A stretch of 64,000 nt of DNA from an uncultured bacterium (GCA_905215815.1 CAJMRN010000001.1:8680-72679), one strand, 5' to 3'. Shown: positions 28,225 through 38,320, counted from the first letter of the stretch. The notes: generated by a model not told the origin, from the letters alone. Numbers and translations are program-made.

Positions 28225-29415
28225 TCACGAGGAGCGCGTTTTGCCGAAGGCCTTAAGCACCGCCGTCACGGGGCCAGGCTGAAAACGGCGGCGTACGTCG
28301 TCCAAGCGCCCGGGGATATCGATGTGCTGCGGGCAATGCCGCGCGCATTTGCCGCACTTGACGCAATTGCTCACCAGCTTGGGCTCGTTCGTCCGCACCG
28401 CGCTCGCCGTAAAGTATTGAGACAGCCCCGTAAACCAGCTGTGCGCATAGCTTGCGTTGTAGGCAGCAAAACACCCAGGGATATTGATGCCTTTAGGACA
28501 CGGCATGCAATAGCCGCATCCCGTGCAGGGCACGCGATTCGATTTTTCAAACTCCCTCAGCACGCGTGCGATGGCATCGAGCTGAGCAGCCGTCATCGAA
28601 TCCGGCAGGGCCCGATCGGCCAACGCCGCGTTCTCATCCACTTGCGCGGTATCGGTCATACCCGAAAGCAGCATCGTCACCTGAGGATGGTTCCACACCC
28701 ACGAAAGCCCCCAGGCGGCCGGAGTGCGCAAATGCGGGTCACAGGCGCCATCGAGCACAGCGCGTGCCCGCGGCGGCAGTTTGCCCGCTAGACGACCGCC
28801 CAGCAGTGGCTCCATCACAAACACCGCAAGACCGCGCTCCGCAGCCGCCATGAGTCCTGCCGTTCCCGCTTGGTAACGCTCGCCGGCATAGTTGTACTGG
28901 ATCTGGCAAAAATCCCAGTCATATGCGTCAAGCACCGTCAGGAAATCCGCCGCGCTGCCGTGATACGAAAAACCAATCTGGCGAATGCGCCCCGCCGCCT
29001 TTTGACGCGCGATCCAGTCCTCGATGCCCAACGCCACTACACGTTCCCACTGGGCGGGCGAGGTGATGTTGTGAATGAGGTAATAGTCGATATGGTCGGT
29101 TCGCAGGCGGCGCAGTTGTTCGTCGAAAAAACGGTCGAAATCCTCCGCGCACTTGCACGAAGTATGCGGCAGCTTAGTCGCCAGCAACACACGGTCGCGC
29201 AGCCCCAAGCGCTCAAGTGAGGCACCCACGCACGCCTCGTTACCGGGATAGAGATATGCAGTATCCAGATAATTAATCCCCTGATCAACCGCACGGGAAA
29301 TGATGGCATCGGCTGTCTTCGCATCCGGACGTCCCGGCGCACCGGGAAATCTCATGCAGCCCAGCCCCAACGCCGAGATACGGTTACCGCTTTTGGGGTC
29401 AACGCGATATTGCAC
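28225..29415 (-). CDS. Aldo/keto reductase with C-terminal 4Fe-4S domain
   Basis: LGLGCMR, DTAYLY and MEPLLGG motifs; CTGCGYC.PCP and CVKCGKC..HCP; GTG start after GGAGGGG. Confidence 0.9.
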   Translation of the reverse strand: MQYRVDPKSGNRISALGLGCMRFPGAPGRPDAKTADAIISRAVDQGINYLDTAYLYPGNEACVGASLERLGLRDRVLLATKLPHTSCKCAEDFDRFFDEQLRRLRTDHIDYYLIHNITSPAQWERVVALGIEDWIARQKAAGRIRQIGFSYHGSAADFLTVLDAYDWDFCQIQYNYAGERYQAGTAGLMAAAERGLAVFVMEPLLGGRLAGKLPPRARAVLDGACDPHLRTPAAWGLSWVWNHPQVTMLLSGMTDTAQVDENAALADRALPDSMTAAQLDAIARVLREFEKSNRVPCTGCGYCMPCPKGINIPGCFAAYNASYAHSWFTGLSQYFTASAVRTNEPKLVSNCVKCGKCARHCPQHIDIPGRLDDVRRRFQPGPVTAVLKAFGKTRSS

Positions 29416-29578
29416 GGCCCCTCCCTTCGCCATCAGCGCCCCGGCAAGGCGAAACACAATGGTCACGCGGCCGAAACATCGTGGAATCGCAATCGAGAAC
29501 GTATCGTAACGCAGCAGAAATCGAGCTGTCACGGCACCGCTTTAACATCAGCAAAAAGCCCGATGAAAGGAGGCGAGC

Positions 29579-29773
29579 GTGACCACACGCGAGGATGCCT
29601 ACCCCTACCCCGGCGAACAATACATCCTCTCGGTCGACCGTTACTAGATCGAGGTCATGGACCATCTGGACGAGCTTCCCGCCACGGGCGCCGTCATCTT
29701 CTGCACCTTCCCTAAGGTCCGCGATGGTGTCGGATACCCCGCACGCGTTTTTGCAGTCTGCCCCGCGGCATAA
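29579..29773 (+). pseudogene. C-terminal remnant of a cyclase/kynurenine-formamidase-family gene with an internal TAG
   Basis: ..EQYILSVDRY*IEVMDHLDELPATGAVIFCTFPKVRDGVGYPARVFAVCP; TAG at 29645-47; 5' part missing. Confidence 0.7.
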
Positions 29774-29889
29774 GTTCCCATGCGTTTGTTCTTCTAAATT
29801 CCGCCTCCGGTGCACGCTACATGCTCCAGCGGCATACAATCCACCAGGCGCCCCGCACGCGGGCGCCTTTTTGTGAGGAGATGATTCAC

Positions 29890-30804
29890 ATGCAGATCAA
29901 CAAGGTCGCCTTTATCGGCAAGGGCGGCGTCGGGCTACTCTACGGCAGCATGATCGCCCAGGCACTCGGCGACGATGCCGTCGAATACGTCATGGACGAC
30001 GCCCGTTTCGAGCGTCACGCAGGCGACGCCCTTACGGTCAACGGCGAGCCCTGCGCACTCAAGTCCGTGCGCGCCAGCGAGGCAACGCCCGCCGATCTGG
30101 TCATTCTCACGGTCAAGACGACTGGACTCGACCAGGCGCTCAAGACTATGGAACACATCGTGGGCCCCAATACGCTCATCGCCTCGCTGTGCAACGGCAT
30201 TACGAGCGAGCAAAAGATTGCCGAGCGCTTTGGCTGGAAGCATACCGTTCTTGGTATTTGCCAAGGCATGGACGCCGTGTTCCTCAACGGAGAGCTCACC
30301 TTTACCAATGCGGGCGAAATCCGCTTTGGCGCGGCGGCCGGTACGGACCCCGCAGCCATCACCGCCATCGACGAGCTCTACACACGCTGCGGCATCGCCC
30401 ATACCGTCGAGAGCGACATTGCACACCGCATGTGGGCCAAACTCATGCTCAACGACGGCATCAACCAGACCTGTATGGCCTACGGCGGGACCTACGGAAG
30501 CGCCACGGAGCCGGGCTCCGAGCAGCGTCGCTGCTTTGTTTCCGCCATGCGCGAAACGCTTGCGGTCGCCAACGCCGAGGGCATTGAGCTGACCGAGGCA
30601 GACCTGACGCAGATGGTGCACCTCATCGAGGGAATCGACCCCGCCGGTATGCCCTCGATGGCTCAAGACCGCGTCGCAAGGCGCAAAACCGAGGTTGATG
30701 AGTTCGCGGGCACCATCTGCCGCCTCGCAGCCAAACACGATATCCAGGTGCCGCAAAACGATTGGCTCTATCGACGCATCCGCGATATCGAGAAAAGCTG
30801 GTAG
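29890..30804 (+). CDS. panE: Ketopantoate reductase family protein
   Basis: IGKGGVG, VK, NG, MWAKLMLN and PSMAQD....KTEVD motifs. Confidence 0.8.
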   Translation: MQINKVAFIGKGGVGLLYGSMIAQALGDDAVEYVMDDARFERHAGDALTVNGEPCALKSVRASEATPADLVILTVKTTGLDQALKTMEHIVGPNTLIASLCNGITSEQKIAERFGWKHTVLGICQGMDAVFLNGELTFTNAGEIRFGAAAGTDPAAITAIDELYTRCGIAHTVESDIAHRMWAKLMLNDGINQTCMAYGGTYGSATEPGSEQRRCFVSAMRETLAVANAEGIELTEADLTQMVHLIEGIDPAGMPSMAQDRVARRKTEVDEFAGTICRLAAKHDIQVPQNDWLYRRIRDIEKSW

Positions 30805-30837
30805 CGCCAACGCACCGCATTCAACAGCCTTAACAGC

Positions 30838-30877
30838 AAAGCCGCCGCAAGGAAACCGTTCCCCCTGCGGCGGCTTT
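30838..30877. terminator. Bidirectional intrinsic terminator
   Basis: AAAGCCGCCGCA...TGCGGCGGCTTT. Confidence 0.75.
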
Positions 30878-30914
30878 CATCTTCGTCTATGACCAGCGGC
30901 CAATCTCACAACAG

Positions 30915-31121
30915 TTAGCGTTGCGACTCCGGCACCTCGTCCTCGTCATCGCGGCAAAGCAGCACGCCGGCGCTTCCCAGCAGCGCCACTGCGATCAGCG
31001 CGCCAACCACGATTGGAGTAGCCCCGCATGCCCCCTGCATGCCCGCAACGAGCGCGGCCGTAGGACCAAGGCAGCCAAGCACCAATGCGACGGCGGCAAC
31101 GGCGATATCTCGAGCGTTCAC
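30915..31121 (-). CDS. Small two-TM membrane protein, hypothetical
   Basis: GGAGG RBS before GTG; two hydrophobic segments and an acidic tail. Confidence 0.55.
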   Translation of the reverse strand: MNARDIAVAAVALVLGCLGPTAALVAGMQGACGATPIVVGALIAVALLGSAGVLLCRDDEDEVPESQR

Positions 31122-31231
31122 AAGACCACTTCCTCCAAGAGAAAGACCTTAATTCTCAAGAACCAGTGTGCCCCGCGCCCATATGCGCGGCGTACTGCCA
31201 CGGTAAGCGCTCTGTTAGCTCAAGCATGCAC

Positions 31232-31279
31232 AAAAAACGGACGCCCTTACGTTGCCCAAAGGCTCGGTAAAGACGCCCG
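31232..31279 (-). terminator. Intrinsic terminator
   Basis: Minus strand CGGGCGTCTTTAC...GTAAGGGCGTCCG followed by T6. Confidence 0.75.
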
Positions 31280-31308
31280 CCCGTCATGTCCTATTGGCTT
31301 ATAGCAGA

Positions 31309-32085
31309 TTACCAACCGGTATAGTAGTCGGTGGTTCCGGCTGCGCAGCCGGAGTCATAGACCTTGCACTCGCCCTTGGAACCGGTAAACGTGGAGCCCT
31401 GAGCCTTATCGCCCGCGGCAACGACGTAGTAACCATCGGAATCGCGCCAAAAGCCCTCGGAATCCTGAGTCCACTCGCCCGTGCGGTGATGGTAGAGCAC
31501 GTTGCTGCTGTAATAGGTCTCACGACGACCGTTATAGTTATTGACGCCGCTCGAGCGCGTCAGGCCCGAGCCGTTCGCGTAATACGCAGCTGCCGTATAG
31601 GACGGGACGTAGCCTGCGTTGCCATATGACGCCTGGGCGGCCTCGGCAGCTTCTGCCTCGGCGGCCGCAGCCTCGAGCGCCTCACGCTTGGCATCCTCAA
31701 GCGTCGTGCGCAGCTCATCGAGCTCGGTCGATTTGGCGTCGACCTCCTCCATCGTCAAAAGACCGCCCGCACCATCGATACAACCTTGCAGTACAGCGCG
31801 CTCGTCATCGGTGGCATAGTCACCGTACATGTTCATGATGATCTGGGCGCGGACCTCCAGGGAATCGCGCTTGGCCCCCATAGAGGCGTTCCACTCCTGC
31901 ATGGAGCCAAAGCCGTCGCCGCGATAGTCGACGGGCTGCATCAGCGTCGCCTCGGACGGCGTGGATCCGACCGTGTCGGACAGTGTTGCCGCGTGGGCAT
32001 CGGTTGCGCCGGCGCCCGCTAAAAGTGCCACGGTCAGAGCGGCGGAAAGGGCGGCGGCTTTCGGTTTTCGTGAATCAATCCTCAT
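31309..32085 (-). CDS. Secreted coiled-coil protein with a C-terminal 3D-like (double-psi barrel) domain
   Basis: Signal peptide AHA/AT, Ala/Glu-rich linker, C-terminal ETYY..YVVAA...G...VYDSG...DYYTGW. Confidence 0.65.
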   Translation of the reverse strand: MRIDSRKPKAAALSAALTVALLAGAGATDAHAATLSDTVGSTPSEATLMQPVDYRGDGFGSMQEWNASMGAKRDSLEVRAQIIMNMYGDYATDDERAVLQGCIDGAGGLLTMEEVDAKSTELDELRTTLEDAKREALEAAAAEAEAAEAAQASYGNAGYVPSYTAAAYYANGSGLTRSSGVNNYNGRRETYYSSNVLYHHRTGEWTQDSEGFWRDSDGYYVVAAGDKAQGSTFTGSKGECKVYDSGCAAGTTDYYTGW

Positions 32086-32296
32086 GTAGCTGGAAACCTC
32101 CGTAGTGCGTTTTTGCTGCGTTTGAGCTGCGTGTGATTCGATCGCGCTGCATAGTACCCCGAGCAAATCGCGACCTGCGGTTTTTCTCAAAAGGTGCACG
32201 TCATTTGCGTAAAACTCACATCCTCTCAACAGGAGTTTTCCACATCTCGATTGCATAAAGCATGTCAAAAACCCTGTAATAGCGCCCTTCCTATGC

Positions 32297-32337
32297 AAAA
32301 AAGGCGCCTGCGCAACCATTGCTTGCGCAGGCGCCTT
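32297..32337 (-). terminator. Intrinsic terminator after metY
   Basis: AAGGCGCCTGCGCAA...TTGCGCAGGCGCCTT plus U-tract on minus strand. Confidence 0.8.
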
Positions 32338-32397
32338 GAGCAGGCATTTTATGCAGTTATACCTATCGAGTCGCAAGGGGTCCTTGCACAAGTCGCC

Positions 32398-33708
32398 CTA
32401 CTCGTCCAGTGCGGCAAAGGCCTGCTTCAGGTCCCAAATGATGTCCTCAGCGTTCTCGGTACCGATGGAAAGACGGATCGTGGAGGGCGTGATGTTCTGC
32501 TCGGCGAGCTCCTCGGCAGAGAGCTGGGAGTGCGTAGTCGTAGCCGGATGCACGACGAGCGACTTGACGTCGGCCACGTTGGCGAGCAGCGAGAACACCT
32601 GCAAGTGGTCGATGAACTTCCATGCAGCCTCCTGGCCGCCCTTAATCTCAAAGGTAAAGATCGAGGCACCACCGTTGGGGAAATACTGCTTGTAGAGCTC
32701 ATGGTCGGGGTGCTCAGGCAGGCTCGGGTGGTTCACCTTGGCGACGTGGCTGTCACAAGCCAGGAACTCAACGACCTTCTTGGTGTTCTCGACATGGCGG
32801 TCGACGCGCAGCGACAGGGTCTCGGTGCCCTGGAGCAGGATCCAGGCGTTAAACGGGCTAATGCAAGCGCCCTCGTCACGCAGCAGGATGGCGCGGACAT
32901 AGGTCGCGAAGGCGGCAGGGCCGGCAGCCTCGGCAAACGAGACGCCATGATAGGAGGGATTGGGCTCGGCGATCTGCGCATACTTGCCACTCGCCTTCCA
33001 ATCGAAGTTACCGCCGTCGACGATCACACCGCCCAGCGAGGTGCCGTGGCCGCCGATAAACTTGGTTGCGGAGTGGACGACGATGTTGGCACCATGCTCC
33101 AGCGGACGGAACAGATACGGGGTGCCGAAGGTGTTGTCGACGACAACCGGCAGACCATGCTTCTTGGCGATCTCGGAGATGGCGTCGATGTTGGGGATGT
33201 CGGAGTTGGGGTTACCGAGCGTCTCGAGATAGATGACCGTGGTGTTGTCCTTGATGGCGCCCTCGACCTCGTCCAGGTTATGGGCATCGACGAAGGTGGT
33301 CTCGACACCAAACTGGGAGAGCGTGTGCTCCAGCAGGTTGTAGGAACCGCCGTAGATGGTCTTCTGGGCGACCACGTGGTCACCAGCCTGGGCAAGTGCC
33401 TGCAGGGTATAGGTGATGGCAGCGGCACCGGAGGCGACGGCAAGACCGGCCACGCCACCCTCGAGCGCGGCGATACGGTCCTCGAAGACGCCCTGGGTGG
33501 AGTTGGTCAGACGGCCGTAGATGTTACCGGCGTCGGCAAGACCAAAGCGGTCGGCGGCGTGCTGGGAGTTGCGGAACACATAGCTCGTGGTCTGGTAGAT
33601 AGGCACGGCACGGGAGTCGGATGCAGGATCGGCGCTCTCCTGGCCAACGTGCAGCTGCAGGGTATCGAAACCAAAGGTGTGCTCGGGGTTGTTGATAAAC
33701 TGGCTCAT
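32398..33708 (-). CDS. metY: O-acetylhomoserine aminocarboxypropyltransferase/sulfhydrylase
   Basis: PIYQTTSY, HSATKFIGGHG (PLP lysine) and LLANVADVKSL motifs. Confidence 0.93.
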   Translation of the reverse strand: MSQFINNPEHTFGFDTLQLHVGQESADPASDSRAVPIYQTTSYVFRNSQHAADRFGLADAGNIYGRLTNSTQGVFEDRIAALEGGVAGLAVASGAAAITYTLQALAQAGDHVVAQKTIYGGSYNLLEHTLSQFGVETTFVDAHNLDEVEGAIKDNTTVIYLETLGNPNSDIPNIDAISEIAKKHGLPVVVDNTFGTPYLFRPLEHGANIVVHSATKFIGGHGTSLGGVIVDGGNFDWKASGKYAQIAEPNPSYHGVSFAEAAGPAAFATYVRAILLRDEGACISPFNAWILLQGTETLSLRVDRHVENTKKVVEFLACDSHVAKVNHPSLPEHPDHELYKQYFPNGGASIFTFEIKGGQEAAWKFIDHLQVFSLLANVADVKSLVVHPATTTHSQLSAEELAEQNITPSTIRLSIGTENAEDIIWDLKQAFAALDE

Positions 33709-33769
33709 GATGATCTCCTTGATCGAACAAAAGTAATAAGAGTAAGAGAAGTAAGTCGCTGTCTCCTGA

Positions 33770-33823
33770 TCACGCCGACGGGCGCAAACAGGAGCCCGGC
33801 ATTCGTCTTGGTAAGCAATTCAT
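33770..33823 (-). CDS. Candidate leader peptide MNCLPRRMPGSCLRPSA upstream of metY
   Basis: GAAAGGAGG RBS 7 nt before ATG; the stop lies inside a long hairpin. Confidence 0.45.
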   Translation of the reverse strand: MNCLPRRMPGSCLRPSA

Positions 33824-33942
33824 ATGCGGGCCTCCTTTCGCATCCCTGTTCCGTGGTCGGCTTAATTACCTACTGCCTTTGTGTGTTTTGAATAGTACGA
33901 GCATTGTTTCCCTCGGTCAATCACTTAAAAGCGCTAATCTGT

Positions 33943-33959
33943 TATCTGTTTTATAGATA
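33943..33959. promoter_or_regulatory. Putative LysR binding site
   Basis: TATCT-N7-AGATA palindrome containing T-N11-A, between divergent metY and lysR. Confidence 0.55.
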
Positions 33960-33971
33960 GCAATCGAGAGG

Positions 33972-34919
33972 ATGGCGTCGATGACCCTTCAGCAGCTTCG
34001 TTTTCTGATTGCCGTGGCAGAGTCCGGCTCAATCAACGCTGCAGCTCAGCGCCTCTATACCGCTCAGTCCAACATCTCAAACGCCGTCAAAAGCCTGGAA
34101 CAGGAGCTCCATCTGGAGATCTTTATGCGCTCCAGCCGCGGCGTCACGCTCACCAACGACGGCACCGAGCTTTTGGGCTATGCGCGCCAGGTCGTAGAGC
34201 AGGCCGACATGCTCGAGGCACGCTACGAGGACGGCGGCACACCCCAGGCGCGCCTTGCCGTCTCGGCCCAGCACTACGCGTTTTCGGTTGAGGCCTTTGT
34301 CAACGTCGTCGAGCGCTGCCGCGACAGTAAGTTTGAGTTCATCATGCGCGAGACCACCACCTCGCAGATCATCGACGACGTCCGCGCATTTCGCAGCGAT
34401 ATCGGCATTCTGTACCTGGATGACTTTAACGCCCGCGTTCTGCAGAAGGCCTTCGCCGATGCCCGCGCAAGCTTCCATCCCCTCTTCGACGCGACGGTCC
34501 ACGTCTTCGTTAGCGAACGCCACCCGCTCGCACGCCGCCCTCAGCTGTCCCTTGCCGACCTCACGCCCTATACGCGCTACAGCTTTGAGCAGGGAACCTC
34601 AAACTCCTTCTATTACGCCGAGGAACCTTTTAGCTATATCCCTTGCGACCGCAACATACGAATCTCGGACCGCGGAACACTTACTAACTTACTTATCACG
34701 TCGAACGGTTACACCCTGTCGACCGGTGTCCTTTCCAATGAAATGCAGTGGGGTATGGCATCGATCCCGTTAGCAGACGCCCCAACGATGCACGTAGGAT
34801 ATATCATGCACGACGAGCGCAAGCCCTCTCCTCTCTTGCGGCAATACCTCGACGAGCTCAACCGCATCATCCATGCCGACCAGCTGTCGGAAGACGGGGT
34901 AGAAATCGTAGATTGCTAG
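33972..34919 (+). CDS. LysR-family regulator (MtaR/CmbR-like, sulfur amino acids)
   Basis: TLQQLRF..AVAESGSINAAAQRLYTAQSNIS HTH; divergent from metY. Confidence 0.92.
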   Translation: MASMTLQQLRFLIAVAESGSINAAAQRLYTAQSNISNAVKSLEQELHLEIFMRSSRGVTLTNDGTELLGYARQVVEQADMLEARYEDGGTPQARLAVSAQHYAFSVEAFVNVVERCRDSKFEFIMRETTTSQIIDDVRAFRSDIGILYLDDFNARVLQKAFADARASFHPLFDATVHVFVSERHPLARRPQLSLADLTPYTRYSFEQGTSNSFYYAEEPFSYIPCDRNIRISDRGTLTNLLITSNGYTLSTGVLSNEMQWGMASIPLADAPTMHVGYIMHDERKPSPLLRQYLDELNRIIHADQLSEDGVEIVDC

Positions 34920-34982
34920 CCCGCGGCGGGCATGGCGCTACAATGGTCACTCACACGAAGCGTACCCAACGAAAGGAACCAT

Positions 34983-35468
34983 GTGAAGGTCATCATCTAT
35001 ACCGACGGCTCGGCCCGATCAAATCCGGGACGCGGCGGCTACGGCGCCGTGCTCAAGTACACCAACCCCGCCGGCAAGACCTTCACCTCCGAGCTTTCGC
35101 GCGGCTACGCCAAGACCACTAACAACCGCATGGAGCTCATGGCGGTCATCGTGGCGCTCGAGGCACTTAACCGCCCCTGCGAGGTCGAGGTCCATTCCGA
35201 TTCGCAATACGTCGTCAACGCCTTCAACAAGCACTGGATCGACGGCTGGAAAAAGCGCGGGTGGAAAACTGCCAACAAGCAGCCCGTCAAGAACCGCGAC
35301 CTGTGGGAGCGTCTGCTTGCCGCAAAGAGCAAGCATAAGGTGGAGTTCATCTGGGTTAAGGGGCATGCCGGCCACGAGCTCAATGAGCGCTGCGACGAGC
35401 TCGCCACCACCGCGGCCGACGGAGCCAACCTCGATATCGACGCCGGCTTTAGCGAGAGCGACCTGTAA
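34983..35468 (+). CDS. rnhA: Ribonuclease HI
   Basis: [22 protein letters not shown] and WVKGHAG...NE.CD motifs. Confidence 0.96.
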   Translation: MKVIIYTDGSARSNPGRGGYGAVLKYTNPAGKTFTSELSRGYAKTTNNRMELMAVIVALEALNRPCEVEVHSDSQYVVNAFNKHWIDGWKKRGWKTANKQPVKNRDLWERLLAAKSKHKVEFIWVKGHAGHELNERCDELATTAADGANLDIDAGFSESDL

Positions 35469-35543
35469 CGGCGTTTTCGCACGCCATTTCTTGCCCTCTC
35501 GCGCTACACTCATCCTGTAAACCGAACGGCACGAGGGGGATAC

Positions 35544-36650
35544 ATGCTGCGTATAGCGACCATCGGCACATCCATGATTACCAACGACTTTATCCAGGTC
35601 GTCAACGCCAACGACCAAGCTGCGTTTGTGGGTACGCTCTCGCGCGATGCCGATCGCGGTACCGCCTTTACCGCCGAGCGCGGTGGCGAGCGAAACTTCA
35701 CCGCGCTTGACGAGCTTGCGTCCGCCGACGACGTCGACGCCGTCTACATCGGCAGTCCCAATGCGCTCCACTACGAGCAAGCGCTCGCCTGCATCGCCGG
35801 TGGCAAGCATGTCATCGTCGAGAAGCCCTTCTGCGCCACCGAAGCGCAGGCGTTGGAAGTCTTCCGCGCTGCCGAGGCAGCAGGTGTCGTGGCCCTCGAG
35901 GCCATGCGTCCCCTCCACGATCCCGCCTTCCACGCCATCGAGGATGCCCTGGGCGAGATCGCCCCCATCCGCCGCGCCTCATTGCGCTTTGGCAAGTATT
36001 CTTCGCGCTACAACGAAGTTCTCGCGGGGCGCGCCACCAATATCTTCGACTGCAATATGGCATCGGGTTCCCTCATGGACATTGGCGTCTACGCCGTCGA
36101 GCCCATGGTCGAGATTTTCGGCATGCCCTCCGGCCTTACGAGCATGACTACTCTGCTCGACCCCACCACGCGACAGCTCACGCACGGCCCCATCGATGGC
36201 TGCGGTTCCATCCTCGCCAGCTACGGCGGTGGCCGTATCTCCGTCGAGCTCGCGCACTCCAAAATTACGAATGACCTGCTGCCCTCGCAGATCGAAGGCG
36301 AGCGTGGCACTATCCAGATTGACCATCTGTCCACGCCCCGCAACGTCCGCATCGACTATCGCGGCGACGTCGTACGCGGCTCGGCGACCGAGGCACCGCG
36401 CGAACAGGGCGACAACGGCCGCGTGCTCGACCTGCCCAAATCGAGCAACACTATGGAATACGAACTCACAGACTTTATCACCGCTATCGACGGCGTTCAT
36501 CACGTTAAAGATGAGATTTGGGAAACACCGGCTGGGCGCCATGAGCTTGGCCACTATCGCGATGTCACGCTTGTCTCACTGCGCATCATGGATGCCGTGC
36601 GTCAGCAGGCCGGCATTACCTTCCCCGCCGATTCAGTCAAGCAGGCCTAG
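35544..36650 (+). CDS. Gfo/Idh/MocA oxidoreductase
   Basis: DAVYIGSPN, HVIVEKP and GSLMDIGVY motifs. Confidence 0.9.
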   Translation: MLRIATIGTSMITNDFIQVVNANDQAAFVGTLSRDADRGTAFTAERGGERNFTALDELASADDVDAVYIGSPNALHYEQALACIAGGKHVIVEKPFCATEAQALEVFRAAEAAGVVALEAMRPLHDPAFHAIEDALGEIAPIRRASLRFGKYSSRYNEVLAGRATNIFDCNMASGSLMDIGVYAVEPMVEIFGMPSGLTSMTTLLDPTTRQLTHGPIDGCGSILASYGGGRISVELAHSKITNDLLPSQIEGERGTIQIDHLSTPRNVRIDYRGDVVRGSATEAPREQGDNGRVLDLPKSSNTMEYELTDFITAIDGVHHVKDEIWETPAGRHELGHYRDVTLVSLRIMDAVRQQAGITFPADSVKQA

Positions 36651-36652
36651 CG

Positions 36653-37054
36653 ATGGGCTTTTTTGACAAGTTCTTCTCCGGCGGCAGTCGAGAGCCTCAA
36701 AAACCATCAAACGTTGAGCTCGAGCTGCGCCGCAGGCTTACTGTGCTCGCAAGCGACGAGGCCACTCAAGACACCCCCCTGCGCTACTTCCTGCGCTGGG
36801 CGGGGCAAGTCCAGGGCGTTGGTTTTCGCTTTACCAACACCAACCTCGCGCAGGCACGCGCACTCACCGGCTGGGTGTGTAACATGGAAGACGGTTCGGT
36901 CGAAATGGAGGTACAAGGCGCGCCCGCGGATATCCTGTCTCACCTCGAAGCGCTCCATGCCTCCTATGAGCGCATGGGAACGCGCTTTCGCCTCGTAGAC
37001 GCCCAAGTCCGAGCCCCACTTGCCAATGAAGACGGTTTCAGTCCTCATTATTAG
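36653..37054 (+). CDS. acyP: Acylphosphatase
   Basis: GQVQGVGFR..GWVCNMEDGSVE motif. Confidence 0.85.
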   Translation: MGFFDKFFSGGSREPQKPSNVELELRRRLTVLASDEATQDTPLRYFLRWAGQVQGVGFRFTNTNLAQARALTGWVCNMEDGSVEMEVQGAPADILSHLEALHASYERMGTRFRLVDAQVRAPLANEDGFSPHY

Positions 37055-37115
37055 TATTGTGTGCTAAATACGGTATCATTTACCTACGACCGTTGATAGA
37101 AAAGAGGCGAGGCGC

Positions 37116-37496
37116 ATGGCGATGCAAAGAAGAAACACCAAGCAGCGGAAGCTGGTTCTTGATGCCGTGCGCCAAAGCTACAACCATCCCACCGCCGATG
37201 AGATCTACAACGCCGTGCGCGAACAGGACGACAGAATCAGCCGCGGTACGGTCTACCGCAACCTCAATCTCTTGGCCGATGCCGGGGAGATTCTCTCGAT
37301 CAAGACGCCGGGCGGCAGCCGCTTCGATCGCACCGTCGAGCCGCATGCGCATATTATCTGCACCTCGTGCAACCGCGTCATCGATGTGCCGCTCTCCTTC
37401 GACGCCCGGCTCGATGCCAAGGCGTCCGAGCAAATCGGTTGGAACGTCACCTCGCACTACACCATCTTCGAGGGCCTCTGCCCCAACTGTAGGTAG
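37116..37496 (+). CDS. Fur/PerR-family transcriptional repressor
   Basis: HPTADEIY, TVYRNL, HAHIICTSC and GLCPNC motifs. Confidence 0.92.
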   Translation: MAMQRRNTKQRKLVLDAVRQSYNHPTADEIYNAVREQDDRISRGTVYRNLNLLADAGEILSIKTPGGSRFDRTVEPHAHIICTSCNRVIDVPLSFDARLDAKASEQIGWNVTSHYTIFEGLCPNCR

Positions 37497-37510
37497 ATTT
37501 TGGGACATGC

Positions 37511-38320
37511 CTACTCGGCAAGCAGGCGACGCAGTTCTTCTTCGACCGTGTGCACATAGCGGACGCGGTCATTAATGCCGCGCATGCTGGGATTGCAGCT
37601 TTCCATCAGATAGGGATGGCCCACCACGTTGAGCATGTCGCGGTCGTTTTCGTTATCGCCAAACGCCATCATCTCATCGGGCGAAATTCCCAGGGCACGA
37701 CCGTAATCGGCAAGCGCGGACCCCTTGCCCGAATCAAAGCCGATAAAGTCGGTCCATTCGGTTCCCGACGTCATCACATCGACCCGGTCGCTAAAGCGAC
37801 GCACAAAATACTCCAGCGCCGCCGGCTGCTCTGTCTCGGGCGTTTGAAACGCAATCTTAATGACATCCTCGTCAATGTCCTCGGGACGGTCGACCACCGC
37901 CACATCGCAATGGACCTCGTAACGCAAATGGTCGACGAACGCATCGTTGCCGCTTATGGTGTAGAGGTGCCCCTCGCAGGAAAGGGTTACATCGGCATGG
38001 GGGTAGGCGACTACGGCATTCGCGATATCCATCGCCAGGTCACGCCCCATAGAGCGCTTGACAACGGCACGCCCCTCGCTCATGACCAGGGCGCCGTTTT
38101 CGCACACATAGACAAGCTCGTCTGCCACCGGGGCAAACAGGTAGCGCAAACTCGCATATTGACGGCCACTCGCCGGCATAAACACAATGCCGCGACGGTG
38201 CAGCTCGTCGATGAGCTCAAATGCCTCGGGGCGTGGCTCGCGCTCCCCCGGATGCAGCAACGTGCCATCCAAATCGCAGGCGATCAGCTTGATTCCCTCA
38301 AGACCCATATGTTCCCCCAA
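37511..38320 (-). CDS. Cof-type HAD-IIB hydrolase
   Basis: DLDGTL, ASGR, ENG and FGDNEND motifs; start may be 38308. Confidence 0.9.
   Translation of the reverse strand: MGEHMGLEGIKLIACDLDGTLLHPGEREPRPEAFELIDELHRRGIVFMPASGRQYASLRYLFAPVADELVYVCENGALVMSEGRAVVKRSMGRDLAMDIANAVVAYPHADVTLSCEGHLYTISGNDAFVDHLRYEVHCDVAVVDRPEDIDEDVIKIAFQTPETEQPAALEYFVRRFSDRVDVMTSGTEWTDFIGFDSGKGSALADYGRALGISPDEMMAFGDNENDRDMLNVVGHPYLMESCNPSMRGINDRVRYVHTVEEELRRLLAE

Noticed and set aside
29645..29647. Pyrrolysine or stop-codon readthrough at the in-frame TAG
   Set aside because: The gene also lacks its 5' part; a CAG-to-TAG nonsense change in a pseudogene is simpler
32090..32290. c-di-AMP (ydaO) riboswitch upstream of the secreted 3D-like protein
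   Set aside because: The conserved ydaO sequence blocks were not found
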